DNA of 60,288 bases from an uncultured Gammaproteobacteria bacterium (lineage in GTDB: Bacteria; Pseudomonadota; Gammaproteobacteria; SZUA-229): assembly GCA_963924875.1 (NCBI GenBank), contig CAWUSX010000003.1:1-60288 (forward strand). Direction: 5' to 3'. The notes beneath the pieces were generated by a model. It ran no database searches, was not told where the DNA came from, and saw only the letters and a list, made by a program, of their open reading frames with translations. Positions 27,353 through 38,218 of this stretch are shown one piece after another; position 1 is the first letter of the stretch, and the number at the start of each line of letters is the position of its first letter. Made by a program: the position numbers and the translations under genes.

Positions 27353-29248
27353 ATGTCACGTCGTGCCGTTATAAAAAATCACACACTGGAGGCGCTGCTG
27401 TTTAAGCGGCGTGCTCTGGTGGCTGGGTTATTCAGTATTTTCTTAATACTAGTGCTGTTGTCACGGCTTGTGTATTTACAGTTTTTCGAATTCAATCACT
27501 TTTCGACACTTTCAGATAACAACCGAGTTCGTCTTTCGCCCATCGTACCTAATCGAGGGCTGATTTATGATCGTAATGGCGTTGTGCTGGCAGAAAATCG
27601 TCCCCTGTATCAATTAGAAATAATTCCTGAACAAGTTAAAAATATGCAGGAAACGCTGTTTGAGCTTGGTCGTATAGTGGATTTGGATGAGTCAACGTTA
27701 AAGCGTTTTGCAAAGCAGTTAAAGCACTCTCATAAATTTGAAGCGGTGCCATTACGCACTAAGCTCTCAGATGAAGAGGTTGCCAAGCTGGCTGTTAATC
27801 GGCATCGATTCCCTGGTGTTGAGGTGAATGCTCGTCTCGGGCGTTATTACCCAATGGGTGAAAGCATGGCCCATGTAGTGGGGTATGTTGGCAGGATAGA
27901 TGAGGCAGAATTAAAACGCGTTGACCAAACCAACTATAAGGGATCAACACATATAGGGAAGACGGGATTAGAGCGTTACTATGAAAGCCAGCTCCATGGT
28001 CTGGTTGGTTATAAAAATATTGAAGTGAATGTGCAGGGTCGAGAGCTTCGTGTGCTGGATAAAATACCGCCGGTGCCAGGGAATAATATCTGGTTAACAC
28101 TGGATGCGCGACTTCAGGTGGTGGCAGAAAAAGGCCTGGAGGACTATAACGGCTCCGTGGTGGTAATGCAGCCGCATACCGGAGAAATATTGGCTATGGC
28201 AAGTATGCCAAGCTTTGACCCTAATTTGTTTGTTCACGGTATCAGTTATAAAAATTACAAAAAACTTCGTGATTCACCCGATAGGCCTTTATTTAACCGC
28301 TCTATTATGGGGCAGTATCCGCCTGGGTCTATAGTGAAACCATTGATGGGATTAGGTGGGCTGGAGTCTAAATCGATTGGCTACAAGGAAGAAATTGACT
28401 GTAAAGGTAGCTATATGTTGCCCACAGATGACCGTAAGTACCGTGACTGGAAAAAACAAGGTCATGGACATGTTGATATGAATAAGTCCATTGAACAATC
28501 TTGTGATGTTTATTATTACGAGTTGGCTTACCGGATGGGCATAGATCGAATCTACGCCTTTTTACATAAATTTGGTCTAGGTGAAAAAACAGGTGTTGAT
28601 TTGCTCGGTGAGCGCTCGGGGCTATTGCCATCACGAGACTGGAAAAAACGAGCTAGAGGTAAAATATGGTTTCCTGGTGAAACGGTAATTACAGGTATCG
28701 GTCAGGGTTACATGCTGACCACTCCTTTGCAGATGGCGTCGTCTACCTCTATTTTGGCGATGCGCGGTAAACGACTGCAGCCGCATTTATTAGCGCAAAT
28801 AGATGAATCCAGTAGTAGTGCTAAATTGCTGCCTACGTGGCCAGAACATGAGGCGGTGGTGTTAAAAAGAAAGGCAAACTGGCAGCATTCAATAGATGGA
28901 ATGATCAATGTGATGCACGGCTCTCGCGGTACTGCGAGAAGCTCAGGTTATCGATTGCCATTTCAAATGGCCGGTAAGACGGGCACGGCACAAGTATTCG
29001 GGATTGCCCAGGATGCAGAATATGATGAGGAGACAATCGCTAAAAGATTACAGGATCACGCCTTATTTGTAGTATTTGCACCACAGGATGATCCGAAAAT
29101 AGTCGTCGCGGTTATTGCAGAAAATGGTGGTCACGGTAGTAGTGTCGCGGCACCCATAGCACGCAGAGTAATAGATGAATGGATTCGTATAGGTAAACTT
29201 GAGGACAGTAATTTTGACACTATACAAAGTAAAGTAAACCATGATTGA
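27353..29248 (+). CDS. mrdA: Penicillin-binding protein 2
   Basis: TM anchor, 'PNRGLIYDRNG', 'YPPGSIVK' (SxxK), 'SCD', 'GKTGTAQV'. Confidence 0.95.
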   Translation: MSRRAVIKNHTLEALLFKRRALVAGLFSIFLILVLLSRLVYLQFFEFNHFSTLSDNNRVRLSPIVPNRGLIYDRNGVVLAENRPLYQLEIIPEQVKNMQETLFELGRIVDLDESTLKRFAKQLKHSHKFEAVPLRTKLSDEEVAKLAVNRHRFPGVEVNARLGRYYPMGESMAHVVGYVGRIDEAELKRVDQTNYKGSTHIGKTGLERYYESQLHGLVGYKNIEVNVQGRELRVLDKIPPVPGNNIWLTLDARLQVVAEKGLEDYNGSVVVMQPHTGEILAMASMPSFDPNLFVHGISYKNYKKLRDSPDRPLFNRSIMGQYPPGSIVKPLMGLGGLESKSIGYKEEIDCKGSYMLPTDDRKYRDWKKQGHGHVDMNKSIEQSCDVYYYELAYRMGIDRIYAFLHKFGLGEKTGVDLLGERSGLLPSRDWKKRARGKIWFPGETVITGIGQGYMLTTPLQMASSTSILAMRGKRLQPHLLAQIDESSSSAKLLPTWPEHEAVVLKRKANWQHSIDGMINVMHGSRGTARSSGYRLPFQMAGKTGTAQVFGIAQDAEYDEETIAKRLQDHALFVVFAPQDDPKIVVAVIAENGGHGSSVAAPIARRVIDEWIRIGKLEDSNFDTIQSKVNHD

Positions 29249-30371
29249 TAGTAATGTCCGTGATAAGCATTATCGTCCTAGCTTTAGTGTCAGGCTGATG
29301 CAATTGCTTCATTTAGACCCCATCCTTTTATTAGGTATAGGCTTATTAATGTTTGCGGGGCTAGGCGTGTTATACAGTGCGGGCGATCAATCAATGGCGC
29401 TCATTAATCGCCAGCTTACACGGATATCCCTGGCCTTGATTGTCATGTTAATAGTGACACAAATACCCTCTTCAACCTTGCGGTTCTGGTCGCCCTGGAT
29501 GTATGCGATAGGTGTTATTCTGTTAATACTGGTATTGCTAATGGGCGACATCGGTAAAGGTGCGCAACGTTGGCTGGACTTAGGCATTATCCGTTTTCAG
29601 CCATCGGAAATGATGAAGCTGGTGACGCCGATGATGGTGGCATGGTACTTTTCCGAGAAACCATTGCCGCCTTCATTTAAAACTCTGGGTATGGCAGCTG
29701 TACTGATATTAGTGCCTACCTTCCTAATCGCCAAACAACCAGATTTGGGTACCGCATTGCTCATTTTTACGGCCGGTTTTTTTGTTATATTTCTGGGCGG
29801 CATGAGTTGGCGGTTGATGATGGGTCTGGGTTTGTTTGTGGCTGCGATGTTGCCAGTGCTATGGCATTTCATGCATGATTATCAGCGCGGTAGAGTAATG
29901 ACCCTGCTTGATCCACAGCGTGACCCATTAGGTGCCGGGTATCATATTATTCAATCTCAGATAGCCATTGGTTCAGGAGGCTTATATGGACGTGGCTGGT
30001 TAAATGGCAGTCAGTCACATCTAAATTTTTTGCCCGAGACATCGACCGATTTTATATTTGCCGTATTTGCTGAAGAGTTTGGTTTAATGGGAGGCATTGT
30101 TTTGTTGGTGTTATATGCCTTTATTATTATTCGAGGCCTAACGATTGCAGTACATGGACAAGACACTTATGCAAGACTGTTGGGTGGTAGCCTTAGCCTG
30201 ACTTTTTTTGTTTATTTGTTTGTAAATGTGGGCATGGTATCAGGCATTTTACCAGTGGTTGGGGTACCATTACCGCTAATTAGTTATGGGGGGACATCTA
30301 TGGTGACCCTGATGGCTGGATTTGGTATGTTGATGTCGGTGAATTCTCATCGCCGGTTATGGTCGAAGTAA
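29241..30371 (+). CDS. rodA: Rod shape-determining protein RodA
   Basis: 'GAQRWL', 'QPSEMMK', 'QPDLGT', 'AIGSGG', 'PETSTDFIF', 'PLISYGGTS'. Confidence 0.96.
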   Translation: MIDSNVRDKHYRPSFSVRLMQLLHLDPILLLGIGLLMFAGLGVLYSAGDQSMALINRQLTRISLALIVMLIVTQIPSSTLRFWSPWMYAIGVILLILVLLMGDIGKGAQRWLDLGIIRFQPSEMMKLVTPMMVAWYFSEKPLPPSFKTLGMAAVLILVPTFLIAKQPDLGTALLIFTAGFFVIFLGGMSWRLMMGLGLFVAAMLPVLWHFMHDYQRGRVMTLLDPQRDPLGAGYHIIQSQIAIGSGGLYGRGWLNGSQSHLNFLPETSTDFIFAVFAEEFGLMGGIVLLVLYAFIIIRGLTIAVHGQDTYARLLGGSLSLTFFVYLFVNVGMVSGILPVVGVPLPLISYGGTSMVTLMAGFGMLMSVNSHRRLWSK

Positions 30372-30408
30372 ATTGAAAACGTAAATTACTAGAAGCTTGT
30401 AATAAAAT

Positions 30409-31404
30409 ATGAAAACACAGCTAATCATTAAAAGTTTAATAAGTTCAGTTTTACTGTTGTGCTGGATGCCAGTTAGTGCGGATACTAATTATAGTCAGCG
30501 CGAAGACGTGAAGCAATTCATAAAAGAAATGAAAAAAGAACATGGATTTGAAGACAAACTATTAAATACATGGATGGCAGGCATAAAACAGCAAAAAACA
30601 GCACTGGAAGCAATTGCAAGGCCTGCAGAAGGCGTGCTTAGCTGGGGTGATTACCGCAAAATTTTCATTACCGATAGCCGTATAAATAAAGGCGTTAAAT
30701 TTTGGCAGGATAACGCAGAACTGTTAGCCAGGGCTGAAAAGGAGTATGGGGTTTCTGCTGAATTTATTGTTGCCATTATTGGCGTAGAAACTTACTACGG
30801 TAAACGCGCGGGTAATTATCCGGTATTGGATGCCCTGGCAACATTGGGTTTTGATTACCCACCTCGGGGTGAGTTTTTCCGCAAGCAATTAAAACAGTTT
30901 ATGTTGATGGTGCGGGAAGAAAAGCTGGATATAAATAAATTAACCGGCTCGTATGCGGGTGCCATGGGTATGCCACAGTTTATACCTAGCAGCTTCAGGC
31001 ATTATGCCGTAGATTTTGATGGCAATGGTGTAAGAGATTTTTGGACGGGGTCTGCGGATTCTATTGGCAGTGTGGCTAATTATTTTAAAAAACATGGATG
31101 GAAATATGGCGAGCCAGTAGCAGGGCGAGTAGTTGCTAGAGGGCAAGCAAAAACTTTAGGTGGACGTGAAATGAAGCCGTCAAAGCCCGTGGCTGATTAT
31201 AAAAAATCCGGGGTTGTTTTAACGCAAAAGTTTCCAGATAAAGCGCTGGCTACATTATTAAAATTAGATGGCCAGGAAGGTGATGAATATTGGTTAGGCA
31301 TGCATAACTTTTATGTCATTACCCGGTATAACCACAGCCCGATGTATGCCATGGCGGTGTATCAATTAAGTCAGGCTGTTTCTAAAAAATATCACAGCAA
31401 TTAG
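30409..31404 (+). CDS. mltB: Lytic murein transglycosylase B
   Basis: 'AIIGVETYYG', 'GSYAGAMGMPQFIPSS', 'ITRYNHSPMY'. Confidence 0.94.
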   Translation: MKTQLIIKSLISSVLLLCWMPVSADTNYSQREDVKQFIKEMKKEHGFEDKLLNTWMAGIKQQKTALEAIARPAEGVLSWGDYRKIFITDSRINKGVKFWQDNAELLARAEKEYGVSAEFIVAIIGVETYYGKRAGNYPVLDALATLGFDYPPRGEFFRKQLKQFMLMVREEKLDINKLTGSYAGAMGMPQFIPSSFRHYAVDFDGNGVRDFWTGSADSIGSVANYFKKHGWKYGEPVAGRVVARGQAKTLGGREMKPSKPVADYKKSGVVLTQKFPDKALATLLKLDGQEGDEYWLGMHNFYVITRYNHSPMYAMAVYQLSQAVSKKYHSN

Positions 31405-31465
31405 GCTTTTAATTATCAACACTATCAGCTTTAAAAAATATGCCTATTATCCAGCCAGCATTTCA

Positions 31466-32230
31466 ATGCTGCTGGTGTTTTGTTTTAGCCTGTTAAGTTG
31501 CGCAACAACTGATAGTGCTCCAGATGATTTTCATAAAAATGATACACCAAATGCAGTGCCTGCTAATGAGCCATTGAGTCGTTACGGTAATCCGCCAGCA
31601 TATACAGTGAGAGGTAAAACTTACACCGTTATGAAAAATGCCAATGGATTTACCCAGGAAGGTATTGCCTCCTGGTACGGTACTAAATTTCATGGCAGAA
31701 AAACATCCAGTGGTGAACCGTACAATATGTACGCGATGACGGCGGCGCATAAAACATTACCCCTGCCTAGCTATGTAGAGGTTACGCATAAAGGTAATGG
31801 ACGAAAAATTATTGTTAAGGTAAATGATCGCGGGCCATTTCATAAAGGACGTATTATTGATCTGTCATATGCAGCAGCACGCAAACTAGGTGTCTCAGGA
31901 AAGGGTACTGGTCCGGTGAGTATTCGGGTTATTAATACCGCTGCACTCGACCTTAAAACAGATAGCGTTGTTCTTCCGGATTCACATGATGGAAAGGGTA
32001 AAATCCTTGTGCAAGTAGCCGCAATGGGGACTGAGTTGGCAGCAGAAAAAATGGCAGACAATTTGCGCAGTAAAAAGATTCCAAGCGTACGTGTGCATGT
32101 TGTAGAAAATGATGGCATGAAGCTATACAGAGTTCGAGTTGGGCCATTGCCCGATGTTGATCTCGCTTATAAAGTAATTAATGATTTAAATGGTATGGGT
32201 TTAAATAAGGCACGTGTCATTGTCGATTGA
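31466..32230 (+). CDS. rlpA: RlpA lipoprotein (DPBB + SPOR)
   Basis: Lipobox LLSC, 'GIASWYG', 'AAHKTLP', 'NDRGPF', 'RIIDLS', C-terminal SPOR domain. Confidence 0.92.
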   Translation: MLLVFCFSLLSCATTDSAPDDFHKNDTPNAVPANEPLSRYGNPPAYTVRGKTYTVMKNANGFTQEGIASWYGTKFHGRKTSSGEPYNMYAMTAAHKTLPLPSYVEVTHKGNGRKIIVKVNDRGPFHKGRIIDLSYAAARKLGVSGKGTGPVSIRVINTAALDLKTDSVVLPDSHDGKGKILVQVAAMGTELAAEKMADNLRSKKIPSVRVHVVENDGMKLYRVRVGPLPDVDLAYKVINDLNGMGLNKARVIVD

Positions 32231-32262
32231 ACCTGTACGTATATTAAGAGTGTATATAAAAA

Positions 32263-33411
32263 ATGATAAATAAAAAAACAATGATTAAAAGCATCTTGTC
32301 GATGCTTGTGTTTTCTTTTTCAATTGCGGCCAGTGCAATATCGCCTGTGCCATCGCCACCAGCGCTCGCCGCTAAAAGTTTTTTACTCGTAGACTTTAAT
32401 AGTGGTTTGGTTTTAGCTTCAAAAGATATTGATAAAAAAGTTGAGCCCGCCAGTATCACCAAAATGATGACGGCATATGTGGCTTATAAAGAAATTGAAA
32501 GTGGTCGTCTGTCTATGGACGAAGAGGTGACGATCAGCAAAAAAGCCTGGCAGATGAAAGGCTCAAAAATGTTTATTGAAGTTGGAAAAGAAATTAGTGT
32601 AGAAAAGCTGCTGAATGGAATTATTATTCAGTCAGGCAATGATGCAACTGTTGCATTGGCAGAGCATATCGCAGGCAGTGAATCGACATTTGCGGATTAT
32701 ATGAATCAGTATGCGCAAGGCTTAGGTATGCTGGATACCAATTTTGTAAATGCCACGGGCTGGCCAAATAAAAACCATGTTACTACTGCAGCTGATTTAG
32801 CAAAGCTTGCGACAGCACTTATTCGAGAGTTTCCAGAGCACTACGAACTATATAGTGAAAAAGAATATACCTTTAACGGCATCAGACAATATAACCGTAA
32901 TAAATTATTATGGAGAGATAAAAGTGTCGATGGAATTAAGACAGGTCATACCGAATCGGCTGGTTATTGTCTGGTGTCATCGGCGGAACGTGAAGGTATG
33001 CGTTTAGTCGCAGTTGTTTTAGGGACCAAGAGTGAAAAGGCAAGAAGTGATGTTAGTCAGTCATTGTTGAACTATGGTTTTCGCTTTTATGAAAGCAGTA
33101 AGTTATATAGCGCCGGTGAATCTTTAAATACAGCACGTATCTGGGAAGGCGCATCAGAAAATTTAAATCTGGGTCTGGAACACGACTTATTCATTACTAT
33201 TCCGCGTGGACAATATAAATATTTAGATGCGGTGATGGATGTAAATACAAATATTGAAGCGCCTGTTAAGAAGGGTCAGCAGCTAGGTCTGGTGACGGTT
33301 AAGCTGGATGGTAAGGTTTTGTCAAGCCAACCGCTAATAGCCTTGCATTCAATTGATGAAGGTAGTTTTATACAGCGAAGTAAAGATCAAATTATTCGCT
33401 TATTTCAATAA
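32263..33411 (+). CDS. dacA: D-alanyl-D-alanine carboxypeptidase (PBP5/6)
   Basis: 'PASITKMMT', 'SGNDA', 'GIKTGHT'. Confidence 0.93.
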   Translation: MINKKTMIKSILSMLVFSFSIAASAISPVPSPPALAAKSFLLVDFNSGLVLASKDIDKKVEPASITKMMTAYVAYKEIESGRLSMDEEVTISKKAWQMKGSKMFIEVGKEISVEKLLNGIIIQSGNDATVALAEHIAGSESTFADYMNQYAQGLGMLDTNFVNATGWPNKNHVTTAADLAKLATALIREFPEHYELYSEKEYTFNGIRQYNRNKLLWRDKSVDGIKTGHTESAGYCLVSSAEREGMRLVAVVLGTKSEKARSDVSQSLLNYGFRFYESSKLYSAGESLNTARIWEGASENLNLGLEHDLFITIPRGQYKYLDAVMDVNTNIEAPVKKGQQLGLVTVKLDGKVLSSQPLIALHSIDEGSFIQRSKDQIIRLFQ

Positions 33412-33434
33412 GTTTTTTTAACGGAATTTAACTT

Positions 33435-34298
33435 ATGTCAGTCGTGTATTTAAATGGCGAATACTTACCGCTCGAAGAAGCCAAGGTGTCGGTGCTTGAT
33501 AGAGGTTTTTTATTTGCGGATGGCGTATATGAAGTAATACCAGCCTATGGCAGTCGTTTGTTGCGTCTGCAAGAACATATGGATCGTTTACAAACAAATT
33601 TAAATGCAATACGTCTGGATAATCCACTGTCTATTGAAGAGTGGAATGAAATTTTTGCAAAGTTATTAACAGACAATCCGAGTGAGGATCAGTCCATTTA
33701 TTTACAAGTGACGCGTGGCGTAGCAGCAAAGCGTGATCATGGCTTTCCAGAAGTTGTGACACAAACCGTTTTTATTATGGTGAATAAAATAAAAGCGGTT
33801 AATAAGGAAGAGTTGCGCCCGGGTATTTCTGCCGTTACTTTAGATGATATTCGTTGGAAAGCCTGCAATATTAAATCAATTTCTTTATTAGGTAATATCC
33901 TTTTACGTCAGCAGGCGCACGATCAGAATGCAGCAGAGGCTATTTTAATTAATGATGGAAAGGCCGTTGAAGGTGCTGCCAGTAATGTCTTTATTGTGAA
34001 AGACGGTGTCATAATTACGCCACCAACGAGTTCTTGTTTACTACCAGGTATTACCCGAGACCTAATTCTTGAACTCGCTGAAAAATACCAATTTAAATAC
34101 AAAGTACGAGATATTGCCGAAAATGAGCTTTTTTCAGCCGATGAGATATGGCTTACAAGCTCAACAAAAGAGATAATGCCGGTACTCAAGCTAAACGCCA
34201 AAGCCGTTGCAAATGGTCAATCTGGCCCCATATGGGAGCGTATGATAGATGTTTATCAGGCTTATAAGGCAGACTTTCGCCACGGGCATGCTCAATAA
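33435..34298 (+). CDS. dat: D-amino acid aminotransferase (PLP fold IV)
   Basis: 'DRGFLFADGVYE', 'YLQVTRGVA.KRDH', 'IKSISLL', 'EGAASN', 'LPGITR'. Confidence 0.85.
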   Translation: MSVVYLNGEYLPLEEAKVSVLDRGFLFADGVYEVIPAYGSRLLRLQEHMDRLQTNLNAIRLDNPLSIEEWNEIFAKLLTDNPSEDQSIYLQVTRGVAAKRDHGFPEVVTQTVFIMVNKIKAVNKEELRPGISAVTLDDIRWKACNIKSISLLGNILLRQQAHDQNAAEAILINDGKAVEGAASNVFIVKDGVIITPPTSSCLLPGITRDLILELAEKYQFKYKVRDIAENELFSADEIWLTSSTKEIMPVLKLNAKAVANGQSGPIWERMIDVYQAYKADFRHGHAQ

Positions 34299-34332
34299 GT
34301 TATTGATGAACAAATAATTTTTGGAGCATCAG

Positions 34333-34632
34333 ATGGCCGATAAGCCAGTTAAAGATATTTATTACGATGAAGAGCAGCAAACCTTGTTTGAGTTTCCCTG
34401 TGAATTTCCTATTAAAGCCATGGGAAAAACGGGTGACGAGCTTGAAATGGCCGTACTGGGAATAATAAATCGTCATGTAGAGGATTTAATTGAAGGTGCG
34501 GTTAAATTTAACCAAAGCAGTAATGGTAAATATACCAGTATCACTATTACCTTTACGGCGCAGAGTAAAGGTCAGCTGGATACAATATATTTAGAGCTGA
34601 CAAGCTGCGAGCATGTTTTATACTGCCTTTAA
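34333..34632 (+). CDS. ybeD: YbeD/DUF493 family protein
   Basis: 'LFEFPCEFPIKAMG', 'SSNGKYTSIT'; lies between dacA/dat and lipB; GGAG SD before 34333. Confidence 0.9.
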   Translation: MADKPVKDIYYDEEQQTLFEFPCEFPIKAMGKTGDELEMAVLGIINRHVEDLIEGAVKFNQSSNGKYTSITITFTAQSKGQLDTIYLELTSCEHVLYCL

Positions 34633-34683
34633 CTTTATACATCATTTTCATTCTAGTGAAGATGCTATAGACCGACTTACATC

Positions 34684-35340
34684 ATGTCACAAGCCTTAGA
34701 ACACTTCGCTATCATCCGACATTTAGGTATTCAAGATTACCAAAGCATCTTTGAAAAGATGCAGCAGTTTAACGCTACGCGCGATGAAAATACCCCGGAT
34801 GAAATTTGGTTGTTACAGCATAATCCTGTATTTACTCTGGGCACGAATGGTAAAGAAGAGCATTTGCTCAATCCTGAGAATATCCCCGTGATTCAATCTG
34901 ATCGAGGTGGTCAGGTTACCTATCATGCGCCGGGGCAGTTAATTGCCTATGTGTTGTTAGATGTAAAACGCAAAAATATGGGTGTGAGAAACTTGGTCAC
35001 AGCGTTGGAAAGAGCAGTGATTAAGTTTTTAGCCAAGCAAGGTATAGAAGCAAATGCAGATCCTAAAGCGCCTGGCGTTTACGTCGATGGTGAAAAAATA
35101 GCTGCATTAGGTTTAAGGGTAAAGCAGCGCGGTTGTTATCATGGGCTTAGTCTAAATGTGGACATGGATTTAGCGGACTTTGATAGAATAAACCCCTGCG
35201 GTTATCCTGGGTTACAGGTGACCAGTTTAAAAAAACTGGGTCGAAGTTTGGGTATGCAGCAAGCGACATGGTTGCTTATGAAAGAATTGTGTATGCAGTT
35301 AAATATTGTGAATATTAGTGAGCATCAATTAGATGAGTAA
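34684..35340 (+). CDS. lipB: Octanoyltransferase
   Basis: '[12 protein letters not shown]', '[13 protein letters not shown]', 'KIAALG', 'INPCGY'. Confidence 0.96.
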   Translation: MSQALEHFAIIRHLGIQDYQSIFEKMQQFNATRDENTPDEIWLLQHNPVFTLGTNGKEEHLLNPENIPVIQSDRGGQVTYHAPGQLIAYVLLDVKRKNMGVRNLVTALERAVIKFLAKQGIEANADPKAPGVYVDGEKIAALGLRVKQRGCYHGLSLNVDMDLADFDRINPCGYPGLQVTSLKKLGRSLGMQQATWLLMKELCMQLNIVNISEHQLDE

Positions 35341-35401
35341 TATTCGCTATGCTTATACTGAGCTAACAACACTTCAGTTAATAAAAATAGTGATTTAAAA
35401 C

Positions 35402-36349
35402 ATGAGTAAACAAAAGGTTGTTGCCGGCGTTAAACAAACCGGAGCTGAAAAAGTAGCACGCATACCGGTCAAAATTGTCAAAACCGAAGTAATGCAGCGT
35501 AAGCCTGAATGGATACGTGCTAAGGCACCCACGCACCCGAATGTGAAACGCCTTAAAAAAATTCTTCGTGAGCAAAAGTTGTTTACTGTCTGTGAAGAAG
35601 CGTCTTGTCCAAACCTGGGTGAATGTTTTGGGCACGGCACGGCAACCTTTATGATCATGGGTGAAATCTGTACGCGCCGCTGCCCATTCTGTGATGTAGG
35701 CCATGGCCGCCCTTTGCCATTAGATGTCGATGAAGCGCAAAATATGGCAGATACAATTCATGCTATGCAGCTTAAGTACGTAGTTATTACGTCGGTTGAT
35801 AGAGATGACTTACGGGATGGTGGCGCTCAGCATTTTGTAGATTGTATAGAAAAAATCCGCCAGCTTACACCGGGTATAAAAATTGAAACACTGGTGCCGG
35901 ATTTTCGTGGCAGAGTAGAGGTGGCTTTAGAAATCTTAAAGATTTCACCACCGGATGTATTTAATCATAATTTGGAAACCATACCTCGGCTTTATAAAGA
36001 AGCACGCCCCGGAGCTACCTACCAGGGATCGCTGGATTTGTTAAAAAATTTTGGTGATGCCTGTAAAGATGTACCAACCAAATCTGGTTTAATGTTGGGT
36101 TTAGGTGAAGAAAAAGATGAAGTAATTGAGGTGTTAAAAGATTTGCGCGCACACAATGTAAACATGTTAACACTGGGGCAGTATTTGCAACCGAGTGTGC
36201 ACCATTTGCCGGTTAAGCGTTTTGTGACACCGGCAGAGTTTGATGAGTATAAAGAAATAGCCGAGGAAATGGGCTTTGCTCAAGTCGCCAGTGGACCGAT
36301 GGTACGTTCTTCCTACCATGCCGATTTACAGGCATCAGGTGAGTTTTAA
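35402..36349 (+). CDS. lipA: Lipoyl synthase
   Basis: [20 protein letters not shown], 'RSSYHA'. Confidence 0.97.
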   Translation: MSKQKVVAGVKQTGAEKVARIPVKIVKTEVMQRKPEWIRAKAPTHPNVKRLKKILREQKLFTVCEEASCPNLGECFGHGTATFMIMGEICTRRCPFCDVGHGRPLPLDVDEAQNMADTIHAMQLKYVVITSVDRDDLRDGGAQHFVDCIEKIRQLTPGIKIETLVPDFRGRVEVALEILKISPPDVFNHNLETIPRLYKEARPGATYQGSLDLLKNFGDACKDVPTKSGLMLGLGEEKDEVIEVLKDLRAHNVNMLTLGQYLQPSVHHLPVKRFVTPAEFDEYKEIAEEMGFAQVASGPMVRSSYHADLQASGEF

Positions 36350-36371
36350 TTGAATTGCTAATTTCTGAGTT

Positions 36372-36407
36372 AAATAAAAAAACCCGCTGCTGCGGGTTTT
36401 TTTATTT
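36372..36407. terminator. Bidirectional intrinsic terminator
   Basis: AAATAAAAAAACCCGC-tgct-GCGGGTTTTTTTATTT. Confidence 0.9.
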
Positions 36408-36432
36408 CAAGTGAGCCTACAGTGAGGAACGT

Positions 36433-37002
36433 TTAAAACTCGAACTTAAGACCAATGTGAACATTGTCATCTAATTCAAACTTACCGCCTGACTCAAATT
36501 CATATTCTTCATTGCGGTAACCTAAGTAGGCGCGCGCGCTAGGGGTTACTTCTATTTCAACGGCAACACGGTATTCAGTATACTTGTCGGCACCACTAAA
36601 TGAGGTGATGCTGGGCGCGAAATAAGCGGCGGCTACAAATGCAACAGGTGTTGCAGCAGGAATTACATAGCGGAATTGCCCGCCGATCGCGAGAGCACCA
36701 AACTCCTCATCGCTGGCATCAACCGCGGTGAAAGTTAATTTTCCGCCAACACCAAACTGGAAGGCCTGGTTGTTACCGGCGGGGTTACCGCTAATCATCA
36801 TTTGGCCATTAAACTGTACGTCATCATTTTCTGTAAACAGGAAGCCTATGCCGATATCTGCACCGCCGTAACCGAAGGTAGAAGATTCAGTAAGGTAGAC
36901 AATCTCAGCCATTTCATTAGCCAGCTTCAGGTCAATGCCGCGTGCTTCAGCCTGAAAAGAAAGAGGAATTACGGTGATCAGTAGAGCGAGTTTTTTAAGC
37001 AT
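36433..37002 (-). CDS. YfaZ-family outer-membrane beta-barrel protein
   Basis: Signal peptide, alternating beta strands, 'ALAIGG', 'YFAPSITSF', 'AYLGYR', C-terminal F. Confidence 0.8.
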   Translation of the reverse strand: MLKKLALLITVIPLSFQAEARGIDLKLANEMAEIVYLTESSTFGYGGADIGIGFLFTENDDVQFNGQMMISGNPAGNNQAFQFGVGGKLTFTAVDASDEEFGALAIGGQFRYVIPAATPVAFVAAAYFAPSITSFSGADKYTEYRVAVEIEVTPSARAYLGYRNEEYEFESGGKFELDDNVHIGLKFEF

Positions 37003-37088
37003 ATTTGTTCCTGAGCAATAGGTGTATTTGGTGTAAATAGTTTGTGTACATTGTAAGCGTGGATTGAATCATACACAAACAGCAAGCG

Positions 37089-37136
37089 AAAAAAAACACG
37101 GCCACATCTCATTTAAAAGACGGGCCGTGTTTTTTT
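37089..37136 (-). terminator. Terminator of the soeABC operon
   Basis: Stem AAAAAAACACGGCC / GGCCGTGTTTTTTT starting 8 nt after the soeC stop; T8 tail on the minus strand. Confidence 0.7.
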
Positions 37137-37144
37137 AAAAATAT

Positions 37145-38122
37145 TTATACCGTTTGGTAGTAAATATTTTGTGGATGATTTGCCTGCGCAAAGAAGTACC
37201 AGCGTTCTGCAATCAAACCGATGTATTGAATTGCAAATGCAGCAAACAAAACGCCCGTGTTGGATGACTCTACAGCAGAGAAAAGTAGAATTAATGGAAC
37301 CGGGAATACCAGCAGCATAAAAATATACTTAACTGATTTCAGGAACATGGCTGTTTTACCGTGGAAGTACTCACGGGTATTAAATGAGCCGCCCATTGCA
37401 CCTTGTGATTTTTGTACAATTTTATTATGGCGAATACCAATAGCAGACTGAACAGATGACTTGAACTTGATACGGCTGTTTCTATATAAAGAAGCCGAAC
37501 GAGTCAGGAACACAAGAACAGTCAGTATGATCGCCCAGTTACCGAGGAACAAGGTGTGCTCAGTTAAGCCAAAGTAGCTCGCTAATGCCGTTGCCAGGGC
37601 AAAACCAGACGCTGTGCCAAACAGTATGTAATTAATAACGGTTAACGGGCTAGACCATTCCTGTAAAAACTTAATGCAGGCATAAATCATAGCGGTGCAA
37701 ATAAACAGTGTAAACGTAGCGAATACACCAAAAATACCGGCGAATAAGCTGGCGCTCAGGTTTATATCACCATGAGTGTAAGCAATGTTGTCGTAACCAC
37801 CTAAATGAATTGCAGCGTATAAAAATATCGCCGCCATCATAAGAGGTAGCGCCAGTACTTCACGTGAAAGCCATGAGGTGCGCCACATTGCCGCGGCGCG
37901 CCATGCGCGTTCAGGGTGGCCTAGATGGAAGAATGATGAAATCAGTCCACCACCTAATAGCAATAATGAAATTACTGCGCCAATACCGTAAAAGTTAGAA
38001 TCAGCTACATTCGGTAAAATATTTAATTCTGAATATAACTGAGTTGAAAACAGACCAAGGAATAAGCCCTGTGCTGTGCCAATCAGTGTTGTTAAAAATA
38101 TGACAGAAAATGCGGGATGCAT
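37145..38122 (-). CDS. soeC: DmsC/NrfD-like membrane anchor, SoeC
   Basis: 'MHPAFSVIFLTT', 'HLGHPERAWRA', 'SWLSRE', 'ERWYFF'; multi-TM. Confidence 0.8.
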   Translation of the reverse strand: MHPAFSVIFLTTLIGTAQGLFLGLFSTQLYSELNILPNVADSNFYGIGAVISLLLLGGGLISSFFHLGHPERAWRAAAMWRTSWLSREVLALPLMMAAIFLYAAIHLGGYDNIAYTHGDINLSASLFAGIFGVFATFTLFICTAMIYACIKFLQEWSSPLTVINYILFGTASGFALATALASYFGLTEHTLFLGNWAIILTVLVFLTRSASLYRNSRIKFKSSVQSAIGIRHNKIVQKSQGAMGGSFNTREYFHGKTAMFLKSVKYIFMLLVFPVPLILLFSAVESSNTGVLFAAFAIQYIGLIAERWYFFAQANHPQNIYYQTV

Positions 38123-38177
38123 CGTTCTCTCCTAATTAAATTAATGTAAATCACATAAACATATAAAAAGCATTAGG

Positions 38178-38209
38178 CTGCACTCAATACCAGTTGGTGT
38201 TGAGTGCAG
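38178..38209. other. Intercistronic stem-loop between soeB and soeC
   Basis: CTGCACTCAATACC-agtt-GGTGTTGAGTGCAG, 13/14 Watson-Crick pairs, no U tract. Confidence 0.7.
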
Positions 38210-38218
38210 GCGCAAAAC

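Noticed and set aside
31412-31465. Possible ATT start extending the RlpA signal peptide (adds a KK n-region)
   Set aside because: Only a weak SD (TAGG); the ATG at 31466 already gives a lipobox, so the evidence is insufficient.
33435-34298. D-amino-acid aminotransferase inside the mrd-lip cluster
   Set aside because: A common arrangement in non-enteric proteobacteria; not novel.
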